Shown piece after piece: positions 1 through 16,658 of a DNA stretch of 64,000 nucleotides. Origin of the DNA: Amoeboaphelidium protococcarum X5. Lineage: Eukaryota > Fungi > Aphelidiomycota. Position 1 is the first letter of the stretch. Every line of letters starts with the position of its first letter. Location: positions 453,484 to 517,483 of the forward strand of contig JALDTO010000154.1 in assembly GCA_023515725.1 (NCBI GenBank). Direction: 5' to 3'. The translations under genes and the position numbers were made by a program. The notes beneath the pieces are model-generated. The model was not told the DNA's origin and searched no databases. It saw only the letters and a program-made list of their open reading frames with translations.

Positions 1-2
1 CC

Positions 3-119
3 CATCTACGGTATGAACGAATTCACCTAAATGAAAAAGTGTTGCATAATGCAGTTGAGGTGTTTGGCGCAGATGAAAGAGAGCTGAATTCCATAGCAAT
101 GTTTAAAATCTAAAAATGA
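3..119 (+). CDS. C-terminal fragment of an unidentified protein (5' truncated by window)
   Basis: Open frame HLRYERIHLNEKVLHNAVEVFGADERELNSIAMFKIQK ending in TGA 117-119 under code 6; convergent with RPL20. Confidence 0.4.
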
Positions 120-180
120 AATAAAAATTGAGAACACAATGTATAATATAAGAATTATCCATATTCACCGAGTTCAATGT

Positions 181-714
181 TCAAATGCAGGTAGTTGGTC
201 TAACACCCAAAAACAATGACTTGTAAGTACGGCTTGGAGCGCGTGCAACACGGTGAGGCAATGGGAATTTGAGCTTAGGATCAATCAACTGCTTCATGAA
301 TGGTCTACGCAAATCAGCAGCCTTCACCTCAGCCACCTTAATGATGTGGATTGTGTGGAAGCGGGCACGATGACGGCTAGCCATTTCCTGGTAGCAGTTG
401 TGTACAGCGCCAACACGCGTAGTGCTTCTGTACTCCTTGTACATATTGTGGGTTCCACTTCTACTGTCATAACGCAGCCATACTCCAAAGTTCTTTACAA
501 AGGTGTCCTTCTCATGAATCTAGTTTACAGACACAATCTCACCATTAGCCTTTTTCACACGCTTCAATTTCTTTAGAAAGTACCAGAAACGCGACTTTGC
601 CACCACCTCATTAGGAGCGAATAGACGCATACGGTACAGCTTTGGCTGAGGCAGCTTCTCGCTAGGCAGCATACGTCCAACCACCTAATACTCTTTAAAT
701 CTAGGCTATGACAT
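181..714 (-). CDS. RPL20: 60S ribosomal protein eL20 (L18a), intronless, 177 aa
   Basis: MSQPRFKEYQVVGR...KSRFWYFL...[12 protein letters not shown]...[16 protein letters not shown]...KFPLPHR; two conserved Gln are encoded by TAG; ends in TGA. Confidence 0.97.
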
Positions 715-1119
715 TTTGACTGGACTTTATTTATTTTCTTCTGCTGTACAGTTATCAATAACTGAATTGCGAAAGCTGAAAGCGCAAGAAAAATTGAAAT
801 GATTGGATGAAAGTAACCGAAGCCAACCTTAGAAAATACGCGCTCGATCTATTGCAAAACATTCCACACTGCAAGCCCGCTGCATTGATTAATGACTTAA
901 GATGTTTCACATGAATCCAATTCTACAGTCCGTCATAGATTCTAGTTCCTATTAAGCAGATCAAATAATATACTAGGATCATTTCCCTTTTAAACCTTTT
1001 TTTCGATGGCACTGTTTTAATCCCCAAGTTTGTAATGCAATTGATCGTGCCCGTTTTGTATACTGAAAACACCGCAAAAGACCGGTGTGTTTTAGCCGAT
1101 TTAACAATTATAGGCGTAA

Positions 1120-1917
1120 ATGAGTGAGAAATCTAGTGCCAATCTGGTATCAGACTACAATAAGAAACGATTCTTGTCAAATCCTAGCAAGTACTGGAAC
1201 ATCTTCTACAAGAATAATACTTGCAACTTTTTCCGGGATAGACATTGGACTTTGAATGAATTCAAAGATTTGTAAGATGTATTTGAAGCGTCAAAGCTGA
1301 AGAAGCAGCGCGTTTTTGAGATTGGCTGCGGAGTGGGAAACTTTGTGTATCCTATCATGCAAGAGGCCTAGAAGGAAGAAGATATGGATATTGAATTCTA
1401 CGCTTGCGATTATGCTCCTAAAGCTATCGAGTTGTTTAAAGCTAATGAAATGTACAATGCGGACAAATGTCACGCGTTTGTTGCAGATATTACTGCTGAT
1501 TAGCCTTTTAAAGAGTATGTTCCTGCTGAATCCATAAATTTATGCTCAATGATATTTGTGTTAAGTGCGTTACAACCTTCTTAGCTATTAAAAGCGTTGT
1601 AAAATGTGCACCAGGTATTAGCTGAAGGTGGTGTTGTGATATTTAGAGATTACGCGGTTGGTGATTACGCGTAACATAGATTTGAAACTAGCCACGATCC
1701 TAAATGTATTGAGCGAAATTTATATCTTCGACAAGATGGAACACTCTCGTATTTCTTTCAACAATCTGAATTAGAAGATTTATTCAAAGAGGCGGGGTTT
1801 GGAGTTGTAAGAATAGAAGTTGTCAGCTCAAAAACTGTTAACAGGAAATTGGGATTAGATGCATAGAGATTATTCTTACAGGGAGTTTTCAAGAAATTAT
1901 CCAATGATTTAAAATGA
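1120..1917 (+). CDS. METTL6: tRNA N3-methylcytidine methyltransferase (METTL2/6, Trm140 family)
   Basis: KYWNIFYKNN..FFRDRHW, SAM motif FEIGCGVGN, YACDY, IFVLSAL, FRDYAVGDYA, RQDGTLSYFF. Confidence 0.9.
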
Positions 1918-1984
1918 TGTTAATAGATGAGTATTTCTTCAGTGTCATGTCCAATGCTATGTCACGCCCGTGGATCAAAATTGT

Positions 1985-2893
1985 TCAACGTCTCTTTTAC
2001 TTAAATAGTATGGGGAACTCGTACTCGATAGATCCTACCCAGCTGAAGTCAGGAGGTACACAATCATTATGCTTGACGTTACTAGGTGAGTATACCATCT
2101 TCTTGTTCTTAATTGCCAAGTTGTCCAGATCAGATTCAAAAATATCATCCAACACGGAATCGTATACGTTTCTACTTGCTCCTTGAGTTTTATTTCTATA
2201 CTCTTCAACGCGCGGACTCTACAGTTGCAATTGTTGATAGCGATACATGTCAATTTAATCCGTCTACTTATATCCAAAATCTGGAGACGACTTCAACTTT
2301 AGTATACGTTTAGTACGTTTCGTTTTCTCATTGATGCCATTATCAACCTGTCTGTTCTGGGATTACGGTTTCGCCTTTTTCTCCCTCAGATCATCATTTC
2401 TGATCTTCTTCTCAATATTGGTAGCATCCTTTAAAGCAGCTGGCTTTTTGGTCTTTACTGGAGCATTGGTAATGTTATTCTGAGATGCTATCACTACAGC
2501 AGGTTATTTACTCACTGCAGCTTACTTCTGAGCTTACACTTGCTTGGCTCCAGATTGTTCTTGTTCTAACCAGCTGCGCGTGCGATTTGGTTTCGTTTCA
2601 GATTTCCCATTTTACGGCACAGCCAATTGTTACAAGTAACGACGCTCAGCCATTACACTTACAGAGTCATCAGGCACTACTGAGCACTTATTACCAGGCC
2701 CTTAATTACGTGTCTACTCGTGTTGTCCTCTTCTTACAACTTCTGATAAAGGTGTGAGTACGGTCAACTCGTAATCCATCGACTTGGTTCTTCTCAACTA
2801 GTCTAGTGCCCACAGTTCTACGCGTCTTGACCCGGTATTACTGGGCAAATTTACAAACAGAATGTCCTTATCTAATTTCTATTGCACAGACAT
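1985..2893 (-). CDS. hypothetical Lys/Gln-rich protein, ~302 aa
   Basis: Uninterrupted ATG..TGA frame under code 6 (MSVQQKLDKDILFVNLP...EFPILFKQKRR); no recognised domain. Confidence 0.6.
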
Positions 2894-3081
2894 ATCAACA
2901 CAGGTAGTAATGCAGGTATGAATGATATATAATTGAACCTCAAAAAGTACTCTAAAGGAATATCCGCACTCTGAAACAGAAAAGAAGAATGCACAATTCT
3001 ATACGTGTTTAAAATCTACAAGAGGCTAAAGCAAGAAGAAAAAGCTATATAAATCCCACTCTTAAAAACATTCTATTGTTA

Positions 3082-3594
3082 TCACCGGACAACTTCATTC
3101 ACAACTTCTTCTTCTTCTTCTTTAGTCTCTTCCACAGATTCGGAAGAATCCTCTTCATTCTCCATTTTTATAGACTATAGTATAAGGTCTTTGACATCTT
3201 CTTTACCGCACTAGAACGCATAATACAAAGCACTGCGGTCATAGTTGTTTTTCGCATCAGCGTCAGCACTGTTCTTCAGCAGATATTCCACCACGGACGC
3301 GTGGCCATTCATGCATGCCCAATGTAGAGCAGTGTTTCCTCCTTTATTTCTAAAGTTTATATATTATGTCCTCATGGACAAATCTTTTATACCATCAGCG
3401 AGACATTAAATGATTTGTAAATGTCCATTTGCGGCCGCCATATGAAGCGGAGTGTTTCCAGAGTCCTCATCCACAATATCTTGGATTATGACACCATCTT
3501 TCAAAAGCATATTAAGTAGCGCTTAAAGATCATCAATCTCATTGTAACGCGCCATATCCAGAATGTCAAATATTAAATCTTAATCCAGCATCAT
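3082..3594 (-). CDS. YAR1: ankyrin-repeat protein, Yar1-like (Rps3 chaperone)
   Basis: ARYNEIDDL, GNTPLHMAAANGH, GNTALHWACMNGH, acidic C-terminal tail; 170 aa. Confidence 0.8.
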
Positions 3595-3660
3595 TGTTTT
3601 ACGGCGCGTAGACTTTTTACTGTTTTCTCTCTATTGTGAATGAAAATACTGACAGAGAGA

Positions 3661-5022
3661 ATGGCACTGATTTGGATGAGATCTTGTCGTCGTTATATGC
3701 ATGATATTAAAACAATACTCGAGAGTAAGTCATTGACTGTTAACGATGTAAAGAGTTTAATACCATAATAATAGCCTTAATAAAGTGCTAAAGCATTCTC
3801 CGCTGCACTTTTGCGAGAATATCTCAAGGCTCACAATCTCTCTCAGGCCGGTTCAAAGTTGTAAATGGTCAATAGAATAAGAAGCCATATGGGCTTAGAG
3901 TCGCATATCAAAATTTAAAAAAGTATTCAATTATCACAGCTTTAGAGAAAATTCCTTGACTTGTGTAAATGCGTGAGTGCGTAATAGTTTGCATAGAAGC
4001 ACGGAGTGTAATTGTAACTGATTAATGATTCTATTGAATTGGTTGGACCTGAGCGATCTTTCGCCCTGGTCGAGGCGTAATTAGGCTAATATTTGTAAAT
4101 TTCTGAGAAGTTTTACGAGTTTCCTCCCATATCTGAGCTTCCACTTTTATGGAGGTAGCATTTACCTTCACTATTCGCTGACCAATCTCTTATAGATTTT
4201 GACGCGGATCATCGTATTCGCGTGATATCTAATTCGCTAGAGACGGCGAGTAGTGCTCTTTCTGATCTGTTGGATGCCTTTCATTTAGTTCAGAATGGTT
4301 AAAATGTACCGGTGCCTCTCGATGTACATATGCTGCCTTATCACGATGTACTCTAGCCCGATTATATCGCAAGGTTGAATTTTTAAATACCCGGCGCGAG
4401 CATTATCACGGAATCGTTGGAATCTGCATTTAGACATTACCACTTAGAGGATACCGTAGTGCTTTAGCTAGGGCGCGTGTTATTGGCATCTGATGTCGAT
4501 TAAAGTACTGAATCAGGTGTGAACAGCAAGGGTAGAGCTGGACTATTCATCCCCACTTTGGAACCTTATTGCCGATTAAAATATAGTAACTAATCTGAGT
4601 GGTAGACGAAATAGTATCGTAGACTTCGTCTCTCTGATAAACGTGGCTAGAAATTATATCTTCAAATGGCCTCATAGCAAGAGTCACAAAACTTTATCAT
4701 GACTTTTTGCGATAGGATATTTGCTCGGTGTAACAAGTCTCTGGAAGCCCAGATCTCGCGTCTGAGTACAAGTGAGACATCTCAAATTTCGGGGTCTTTG
4801 GACTTGCTATCACGGCACACTATTGCAGGTGATGATTACTGGATTACTGGGGTATATGATGTTGAGGAACAATTAGTCCTGTTGAATGATGGTCATTCAC
4901 AGCTTCTGGTGTCGAAAGAACGTAACACTATCACTGGTTAGTCAACTGTTTAAGGCTCAGTCACGTTGAGTTCACAGTCGGATTTTAGTGCTATAATATC
5001 GATGCTGTCAATAGAGAATTGA
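3661..5022 (+). CDS. hypothetical protein with SAP-like motif, ~453 aa, possibly mitochondrial
   Basis: Single frame to TGA 5020-5022 under code 6; LLREYLKAHNLSQAGSKLQMVNRI resembles a SAP motif; Arg-rich N-terminus. Confidence 0.6.
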
Positions 5023-5145
5023 TTATAAACTAAAATCTACAATTCTATTACTCTAACTTTATCTAAAATCATTCATATCGCGGCATCATATAAATTTTAA
5101 TACATCCATCGCGTCGTCAGAATGATATGACTTTCCTCTACGCAG

Positions 5146-6036
5146 TCAGTTTGCTTTATCAATCTTAGTGGGCAAGACATCAGTGCCGTGAAGCTTGGCA
5201 CTTATTTCAGCATTAATCTTCTTCGCTTCTTCCATCAACTTTTTCAGTGACGACTCATACTGTGATATGTAAGACTGCGGTGGAGACCTTTGTGATGCTG
5301 TAGCTTCAAAAACCATTTCATCTTCATCATCGAAAGCGCTCTCAAAAGAGTCGATCGCAGTGGCACGACTGTTCAGATTCAACTTGAGCAGAGAACTTCG
5401 GCTGGGAGCATTCATCAATCGTTGCTTTGAAACAGTAGATGCAGTAGATTCATAAGGTGCACTGGAACGTGCAGTTGCATTCAGGTTTTAGATATGTCGC
5501 AGACGCCAACTTCGCATTGAGGTGGCCGCGAAAGACGGTGCCAAGCTAAACGACTAATGCTTTTTCACACTGTGTGACGTGTCACCTTTCTAAACATCTG
5601 GATAATTGACAAAAGACTTTGATCCCAGAGACAATCGGCTGTGAGATGATCTTTGCAGTGGCTTTGATGGACTTATTACAATTGATTCCAAATCAGCTTT
5701 AACCGTTGACTGCCTAATATCAGAGCGACTCTGATTAAGTATCAGACTTAAGCTAGACAATTTACCAGTTTAAACAGGTTTAATTTCCCTTGTGCAGAAA
5801 GGATCGTATTCAACGGTCAGAGAAGCTTGTTTTCTGCTCACGATTTCTCGGTGCAACTGGCAAAGGCACGCGCAGAAACCACGCATACCAGCCTGCTCCA
5901 CCGCTTGCAGGAACCCCTTCCGCACAGATGGCAAGTCATGTATATTCAACTCTACGGCTATCTACGCTAACAGTTCCAGATCTTTCAGATCGTAAACTTT
6001 TCTCGCAGTAGTGAGCACCTTGGGTGGATCGACCAT
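5146..6036 (-). CDS. hypothetical Ser-rich protein with C-terminal coiled coil, ~296 aa
   Basis: ATG 6036 is in frame with track ORF 5146..5418; TGA end. Confidence 0.55.
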
Positions 6037-6366
6037 GAATATCATTATTATAGGATTAGTTGTTTCAGATCAGTTTTCACTTTGACTGCAGTGGATACTG
6101 AATAATAAAAATATATCAACACAATAATGTGGGAACAAGAACTGAACACAGCCAACTTATATTGTTTGTGTGTACTAGTTATTGACGGTATCATCGAAAC
6201 AAGGTGTTTGTTTGATCAAAAGTATATTTATATCCTTGTGCAATCAATCATCCACTTTACCTGGAGAACTATGGCGGCCTCAATCTGGAGAACAAACGTC
6301 GACTCTTTCATTCACTCATCGTCAGCAAAGAAATTGTTTACGGGATCGCGGAAGAACAAACGCTGA

Positions 6367-7774
6367 TCAAATACGGGCCGATGATGGAAACTATATATCA
6401 ACGGCCGTTCCATTGCCGACAGATTGGTGACGCTTGCAGAAGTTGATAATTCTACCGCAAGCTTCCCGCATTACAGGCTCGGGCACAGTGACCACAAGTC
6501 TAAAAAAGTTTTTGAATTAGAAGCACTATCCCGGCAGGACCACAACGTTCTCCTCAGCTAACAGTTTGCCTGCAAAGTCAGCGTCATCAGCAATATCCTT
6601 AAATTAGTTTAACTTAAGTCCAATCTACAATAAATGACAAATTATGTGAGACGCTTCAAGGCTAAAACTGAAAACATACCATCATGTACATGGCACCTTG
6701 AGGCTACACAATCTACAAACAATCACATCCTAAAAGTAATTGGGCGCAGAGGTCCGCGTTCTGCTTTAATTAAGTTAAGCATCCTTCATAGTATGATTTT
6801 GGTGTATCGTTAAGCAAGCGTGGAACCAAAGCCTGGGTGATGGAATTAGCTCCCAGTATCAACTAACTCAATGCAACCAATCCACTCTTCACATCTCCCA
6901 GGCAACTGCATAAATCATACACCGCAATCCATCCCAATCTCCATCCAGGTATCATGTATCGCTTGGCCAGTCCGCCGACACTTAATACAGGAACCTTGAT
7001 GTCATTCTTCACTGCCACCTGTGCCATGAAGTAGAACTGATTAGGCGCAAAAGCCATGTGAGCATAAATCTCATCAGCAACAACTGGCAATCTCAAGTTG
7101 GAGGCAGTCTACAAAATTTCACGAAGATGACTTTCATCATAAACAGAACCACATGGATTAGAAGGATTGTTAACCAATATGAAAGATGTTTTCGAGTCGT
7201 AAAGGTTTTTCACATGTTCTAGATCAACCTACCACCCGCGCGATGGATCCAAATCGTAATACCTGATCTCCACCCCTTTCGATTAGGCAAGCGTAGTATA
7301 TAGAGAGAATCCAGGTTTAGGTAGTAGAACATTACTACCAGCTTCACACAGACAATCAAAGATGAGATCGAGAGCGCCAGAGCAGCCACTTGTTACCACC
7401 ATATCATCTGCACTCAACTCGAAACCTTTTACTGACTAATACTTCGCTATAGCTTCGCGCGCTGCTTTATCTCCAAAAGAAGGTAGATAGCCATTATGCT
7501 TGGCATCCTTGATAATTTACAGCGTCGCATCTTGAATATGCTCAGGCGGATTAAAGTTGCCAAACACTGTGGGATCTCCTACAAGACGTTCATCATTGAG
7601 AAATGAGTCGAATGTGGGAAATACATGAGATTTACCAATTGACAAACTTATTAGAGACTTGGAACTATTCGGATCAACCTTCAACTTGTCCACAATATTC
7701 CTTATAGGATTAACAGTCTAACGCGATTTCGCTGAGACCTTTACTTGACTCCACTCTGTCTTATGATGGTCCAT
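6367..7774 (-). CDS. TAT: tyrosine aminotransferase (PLP class I), two introns (~6625-6679, ~7579-7635)
   Basis: [58 protein letters not shown]. Confidence 0.92.
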
Positions 7775-7885
7775 GGCGGAGATTCTACGACGGCGAGTTT
7801 TGACAATCCGAAAGTTTCGCTAAAAGGAACGAGATGATTTGTCCAAGAAGAATATGCAGAGAAAGACAGTGAATAAATATTAAAA

Positions 7886-9529
<1,644 letters not shown>

Positions 9530-10051
9530 AATACAGTTTATATTTTGAACACTTGTTATAGAATCGCGCTTTAATAAATAGATTTGTGAAAAAAAGAAAA
9601 AGGCAAGAGTCCGCGCCATTGAACAAGTGCAACCAAAAGTCAAGGACTTGCTTTAGACAATTCCCGCTAAATACCGGTCAACAAAGATGGACTTTTACTA
9701 TATGTGTATTAGACTATTTATTGTATTTGTATATAGAAATAAGCTTGGTTAAAGTTTATCCATTTGAGGGCAATGCGGCAAAAGTAACCGTAAAATTTAA
9801 GGCAGAATCATCCAGGGACCGTCAGTTTACTGTTACAACGACTACTCAACTTAAAGTAGCTTCGCGCAATCCAATTCCAGTGTATTTCTATACTATTATA
9901 ATAGAAGACGATCGTAGAATTAAGTAATTGTGTTTTTAAAGAGTGTCACAGCGCGACAAGGTGGGCGGTAAATATTACGGTTCATTGCTACAACACACCT
10001 CTCAAGCGTAATCACCCCGTGATATAAACTTACTTATTCTATTTCTCAATA

Positions 10052-12450
10052 TCATTCTTCTAAATCAGAATCAGAATAAGAATCCGCCAACTACTATTCA
10101 GATCCAAGAGTAACGCGCGATTTCTTGTGATGAAGGTCTTGAGCAGCGTTGGCCAGCTCATAAGATCTCTTGGTCTTTTGCATCAGAGCATCAACAGAGT
10201 CCTCTTCCTTGGCCCATTCAATCACAAGTTTTCTGCCATACAGATGGGTACTTGACAAACTTTCCATAGCATTAGCAGCCTCTTATTTAGTAAGAAAATT
10301 TACAAAAGCAAATCCACGATGACCAGAGCCATCGAATTTCTTTGGCACTTTAATGCTCTTCAACTAGGCAAAAGTTCCAAAGAGCTCCATCAAGTCCCTC
10401 TTGGTAGCCTCAAAAGGCACATTTCTTACGAGCAATTTAGTTCCAATAGCATTTTCAGGATCCATCAACTCGCTGACTTTGCGTGCGCTCACAGTCTTGG
10501 ATTTGCTAGAGCTATGATCAGAAAATTTCAGCTGTAGAGCGTGACCATCCAACATTACATTCTGCAGTTCACTGATAGCTCTCTTGGCTCCCTCTTTGGA
10601 CTGAAACTCAACAAATCCAAATCCCATTGATTATTATTTCCCAGCTTTATCGCGCTTAGTAGAGATCTTGACGCTGCGGAAGCCATCTAAATGAGCAAAT
10701 ACAGACATCAGCTTCTTCTCTGTGGTTTAGAAGCTCAGATTCTTGACGTAAACTGTGCTGGTTAATATTTCATCTTGATTTTCAGCAGACTAATCGACAT
10801 CCCAGTCCAGTGAACTTTACGCTTAGGAAGCAGGACCGCTGAATACTTTAATTGGTGCGTACTCCAACAGCAACGGCACTCCATGAAAATTACGGTAAGC
10901 ACATGATTTGAAAGCCTGTTTAGCTTCGGAAGGCGAAGAAAATTCTATCAACGCCATAGATTTAGTAGGGGGGATTATGAATCTCAATAGTTCCCCATAT
11001 CGCTCAAAGATGGCACGCAACTCCGACTCTGAGGTGGAATACGGCAAATTTTTGCACATGATCACAGAGTCGCTTCTTTTTGACGATGCACTGGATATTG
11101 ATTTGAACTGACCGACATCCACACCATGATCTTTAAAGAATTTCACAGTCTCTTGAATGACATGTGTCTCAGCCAAAGCTTATCTCACGGCAAGATTGTC
11201 AGAGTCTGCACCAAGAAATTCTCCTTTGGAAATGTTCATCTTCTGAGCCATGTACCCATTAACCGCATCCTAATTCATAAACAGAGAGTTCCAACTATTA
11301 GTGTCATTAGCGGCTGACTTTTTCAAGCTGTCACTCTTTTTAGCTTTATACCCATTGGCTGCATCAGACTTATGGCTATTCGATTGACTAGATGGCTTAT
11401 CAGCAGCAGGTAGAATGTGAAGTAATCTTCCTTAGAAATCAGTTCCATCCAGCTCGCTATAGGCACTGACAGCATTTTCTGGTATAAGATACGTAACATA
11501 CGCAAAACCTTTAGACTGCTTACTCTCCTTAGTGAGTGGAAACACGACGTCGGAAATAGGACCGAATCGTGCAAAATGTCCAGTCAAATTACTCTCAGTA
11601 CAGGTGTAGCATAGATTTCTCACAAACAAGCGCCCGCTATCTGCAATATTAGCAGCTTTAGTAGTCTCGTCATTCTGACTACTTTAAGTATTAGCGTGAT
11701 CCTTATACTATTATCCCTCAACTTCGTCATTAGAATCCGCCTTATCTTTTGCAGTCTACTGAGGCAAGTCTTCGTAATCATCTTCATCGTCACCACCTTT
11801 AACTAAACGACCCTAAACAGCATTAACTCCACCAATCTTGGACTTATCAACAGGGGCCATAACACTTCCATTCTGCAATACTTCAATATCATCATTTTCC
11901 CAAATCTTCTTTTAAGATCTTGGCTTCATGACTTGCAAGAACTCGCGTAATTTAGGATCAGCATTGATCATGTCATCAATATTCTGAGGCTCACCATTGC
12001 CATCCTACTCCGACGGATCATCATTAGCAGTTGCATTCTAGTTCGCGTCATTTATGATCAGTGCATCACCCTATTGCTGTTTACCGTGAATCTTTTCATA
12101 TTCACTGCTTCCCTAACTGTACTTGCTCCAGGCGCGTGGTAACTAATCACTCCCAATAGCCTTCGCCTCCTCAACCACCAAGCGATGAGTGTCGATGAAA
12201 GTCTTGTTAAAGTGTATAGCTGCTTGAATGGCTTCTTGATGTGAAGCATATCCAATAAATCCAAATTGACGACTTTATCCAGATCTACAATATCACACAA
12301 TCAATAATCATATTTAACCTCAAACTTCTAATCTTACTTTGTTGTCATCAATTTAGCATCAGTTACAGTGCTAAAAGACTCAAAATGCTTCTTGAGATCA
12401 TTCTGAGTAAAATATGGTGGCAAATTCTTTACAATTAATCTAGAGCTCAT
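10052..12450 (-). CDS. MRD1: multi-RRM pre-rRNA processing protein Mrd1/RBM19 (one short intron near 5' end)
   Basis: MSSRLIVKNLP, GRLFVRNL, SKGFAYV, MAETHVIQET, MGFGFVEF, TKLLVRNVPFEAT, STHLYGRKLVIEWA. Confidence 0.95.
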
Positions 12451-12510
12451 CTTTTAATACTAAAAAGTGTAATCTGCTTATTTTGAGTATATCAAGTCAG
12501 CAATCTTATG

Positions 12511-12678
12511 AAAACGCGTCAAATTGTCTTAAAACGCGTCGCATTTTGTTTCAGACTCGATCGGTCTCTCGCTCTCTATCGCACACACAACTACTGCGGG
12601 TGGTCGACATTCGACCATTGAATGACTGTCCCAACAGGGAAACTTCCGTTGAACAAATTTATGTTTCAGAGGACGCGT
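12511..12678. promoter_or_regulatory. ACGCGT (MCB-like) boxes in the divergent MRD1/USP promoter
   Basis: AAAACGCGTC repeated exactly at 12511-12520 and 12531-12540; third ACGCGT at 12673-12678. Confidence 0.4.
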
Positions 12679-12756
12679 TTCAAATTCAAGTCTTTTCTTA
12701 TTCAATCGCGTTGGCGTTTATATTACTGACGGAATATTGATATCTTGCCCTGTGTG

Positions 12757-15198
12757 ATGACCAACTAGTCGTTCAAATTCAATGCTACGGTCCAAGTTAT
12801 CTAAGACAGCATCGAGTAATTCAAGTGTGAGGATATTTAATGTTTGATAAGGAAAAATGGTATGCCATATCATTGCTTTTACTATACAGTTAACTTTCTC
12901 GTACGAGCCAGTTCGTCTTTATATTGTGTAGATAGAGCTTGTGTATTACTGGTTCTAGATAAAAGTCCTTGCTAAGAGTATGAGTGCTTCTAATTGTCTG
13001 ACAAGTTGCGTGGCGTGTACTGGTCTACATAGTTTAAGAAAGTCACCCTTCAGATAGTACATGGACTGCAGATTAATATTGAAATGACCGCATGCTCTTC
13101 AGCGGAATAAAGTTAAATTGTGGCTCTATTCAAGTCAATAAGTGGCAAAACAGTTGATCTTGAATCTATTCCACTGTATTGTGATAAAGGCATCGAACTC
13201 TCATCCGTCCATTGCCAAGATGATGGTAATAAACCGATAGTATCAACCTCTGCTAATGATGATAGTCTGAGTGCTGTGAAGTAGGCTGAAGTTTAGAATA
13301 AACGATAAGCAGCTATCTTTGGATAATACAGCAAAATTTAGAAAAAGTAACGCCAAAAACTGAACGTGCAGTTGACTACTGACGGTGATGGCCCCTCACT
13401 CTAAAGTAATCCTGTATCTGATGGTCTCAATAAGACAGCGCCTGTCCCACCTTAAACTCCCCGTCCCTAATCTGCCGCTAATGTGATTTAAAAGGATGAT
13501 TTCATAGAGTTCAACGATAGTCCCAAAAAGTCTTACGTTGCCTCCACTCCGATACATAATGTGGACTGGATAGATCAAGTAGCGTCTAAAGTGCACTCTA
13601 TTGATCAAAGTAAAGATTCTCGGCCGTTGACAAGTGTTCTATCATCTGCTATAAAGACCAGTAGTGCTGATAAATTCTATGGTTAGTAGGCAAATTCGCA
13701 TGTTGCATCTCCTGGAATACTGTCTCCTTTGCCTCTATTACCAAATAATAAAAATCGATGGTCACACAAGGCTTTTAGTTTATCGACTCGTCCTACTTCT
13801 GGTAAAATATATACAAAGCCTATCAAGAGAAGTCTGTCGATGGCTAGGAGTAGTCTGCAAGTTAGTAAGGCTCCTTTGCATAATCCTAGTTCATATAATG
13901 GATTGTCTCTTAAAGAATCTAATATTGGAGCTTACTTGAATTCTGATGATCTTTATAGCGGCGTGGATCTCCTGGCTGATAGGTCCCTCTTAAGATCTTA
14001 CCAATACGAAGCTCCTTCCAAATATAGTATATCTTCTCAGAGCTTTATGCCCACTACTAGTAAAAATTCTATATAGGAAGGCTTTAAAAATCTTGGCAAT
14101 TCGTGCTATATGAATGCATCATTATAGTCTCTTTTCAATCTACGCTGCTTTATGGATAAATTACTAAAATGTCAAGTGGATTCGTCAGATTCTCATCTCC
14201 AATTCAAATATCCTATTCTCTCCGAACTGCTCAATCTGTATGATCAAAAGCAAGTGAAAGGACATTGCATTGATGCATCTCGGTTAAAGTAGTGTATGGG
14301 TCGAGTGGATGCAAAGTATGGCACCTCTGAGTAGCAAGATGCTGATGAATTCATTCGATCTCTATTGGGGACTTTAGAGTCTGAGCTTTGCAGATATTCC
14401 AAGGAAATGGGGAAACCAATGATCGCCGGCATGGTTGAAAATGCATTTGAATTTGAAATCAAGAAGACTCTTCGGTGCAAAGAGTGCGAGAGTCATTCAG
14501 TGACTATAGACAAATGCCGAGATTTGAGTCTGGAAATCGGAGTCAACGACGGTTAGAACAATGATAAACCACTGGAATTGGACTCACTTATCTAGTCCTA
14601 TTTTTAAAAGCAATAACTCGAGTATAAATGCGAAAAATGCACATGCAAGGAAGCAGAAGTTGAGCTATAAGTATAAAAATTGCCTCAGGTACTCATTATT
14701 CAGCTGAAACGGTTCGCATTAGACTTGCAGTCCATGCGCTTGATCAAATTGCAAACTAAAGTGTCCCTCTCACAAGAATCTGTCAATCTATAGTCATTTT
14801 GCTCAGATATAGTTCGAAATCTCAGCCATTAAGCTACTTAAGCTAATCAGAGAGAGTCATCACTGTAAGAACTCCCTACTAACTTCACCAATGATGATGA
14901 TGATGATGATGATCAGAAAGAGAATAGCTAAAGGCTAGATAATTCATCATAAAGAGGAGTGTCTTCAGAGTACAAGCTGGTGTCTGCTATCAGCCACCTT
15001 GGACTTACTCCATCATTTGGACATTACATTTGTGATTGCAAATCCTAATCCGGAGATTGGTAGTGTCACAATGATGAGATTGTTTCTGAAGTTGGAAGTA
15101 TCCAGCAACTTGATCAGAAGCGATAGAATTCTGCATACCTTCTGTTTTACACACTCAATAATGATGAAAGGAGTGATAGAGTTCTTTATGATGCATGA
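12757..15198 (+). CDS. ubiquitin-specific protease (C19), USP26/29/37-like architecture
   Basis: Cys box GFKNLGNSCYMNASLQSL, QQDADEF, LPQVLIIQLKRF, His box SHLGLTPSFGHY, WQCHNDE, SAYLLFY; 5' end approximate. Confidence 0.88.
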
Positions 15199-15489
15199 TA
15201 ATTGTAAATGTTACAGCAATTAAATACAATAACTTTTTGAATTTGAATAGCTGGGACCAGGTCGATAAAGATACTATATCATTGTTTCATGCTAGCAGTA
15301 AATATCTCGATCTCGATGAGAACGCGCGTCAACCGCCGCGGTGTTTCTCTCTTCTCCACTCCTTCCTCCCAAACGATTTCGCGCGCTTTCGTGACTTTTT
15401 CCTCAAACCGTTGAACTATTTAACTGAATCTTTTCAATTGTCATATTTAACTGTAAAGTCGAGCATATATAATAATATTGTGAATTAGT

Positions 15490-16479
<990 letters not shown>

Positions 16480-16658
16480 ATTACGTATCTTGCCATTTTA
16501 TGAACGGTGAATAAGGTGTGGAATCTATAACGCTCAATTATTCAAAAGTTACACAGTGCATATTTACTACTAATACAGTATTAATAATATATTGAATTGA
16601 ATTTTCACAAAATATCCTATTCGAATTCATATTAACTCTGCTGATTATTTAAAAGTAA

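Noticed and set aside
9586-10040. Possible small gene or ncRNA between ELP3 and MRD1
   Set aside because: Several frames are open under code 6 but none is recognisable, and there is no tRNA cloverleaf
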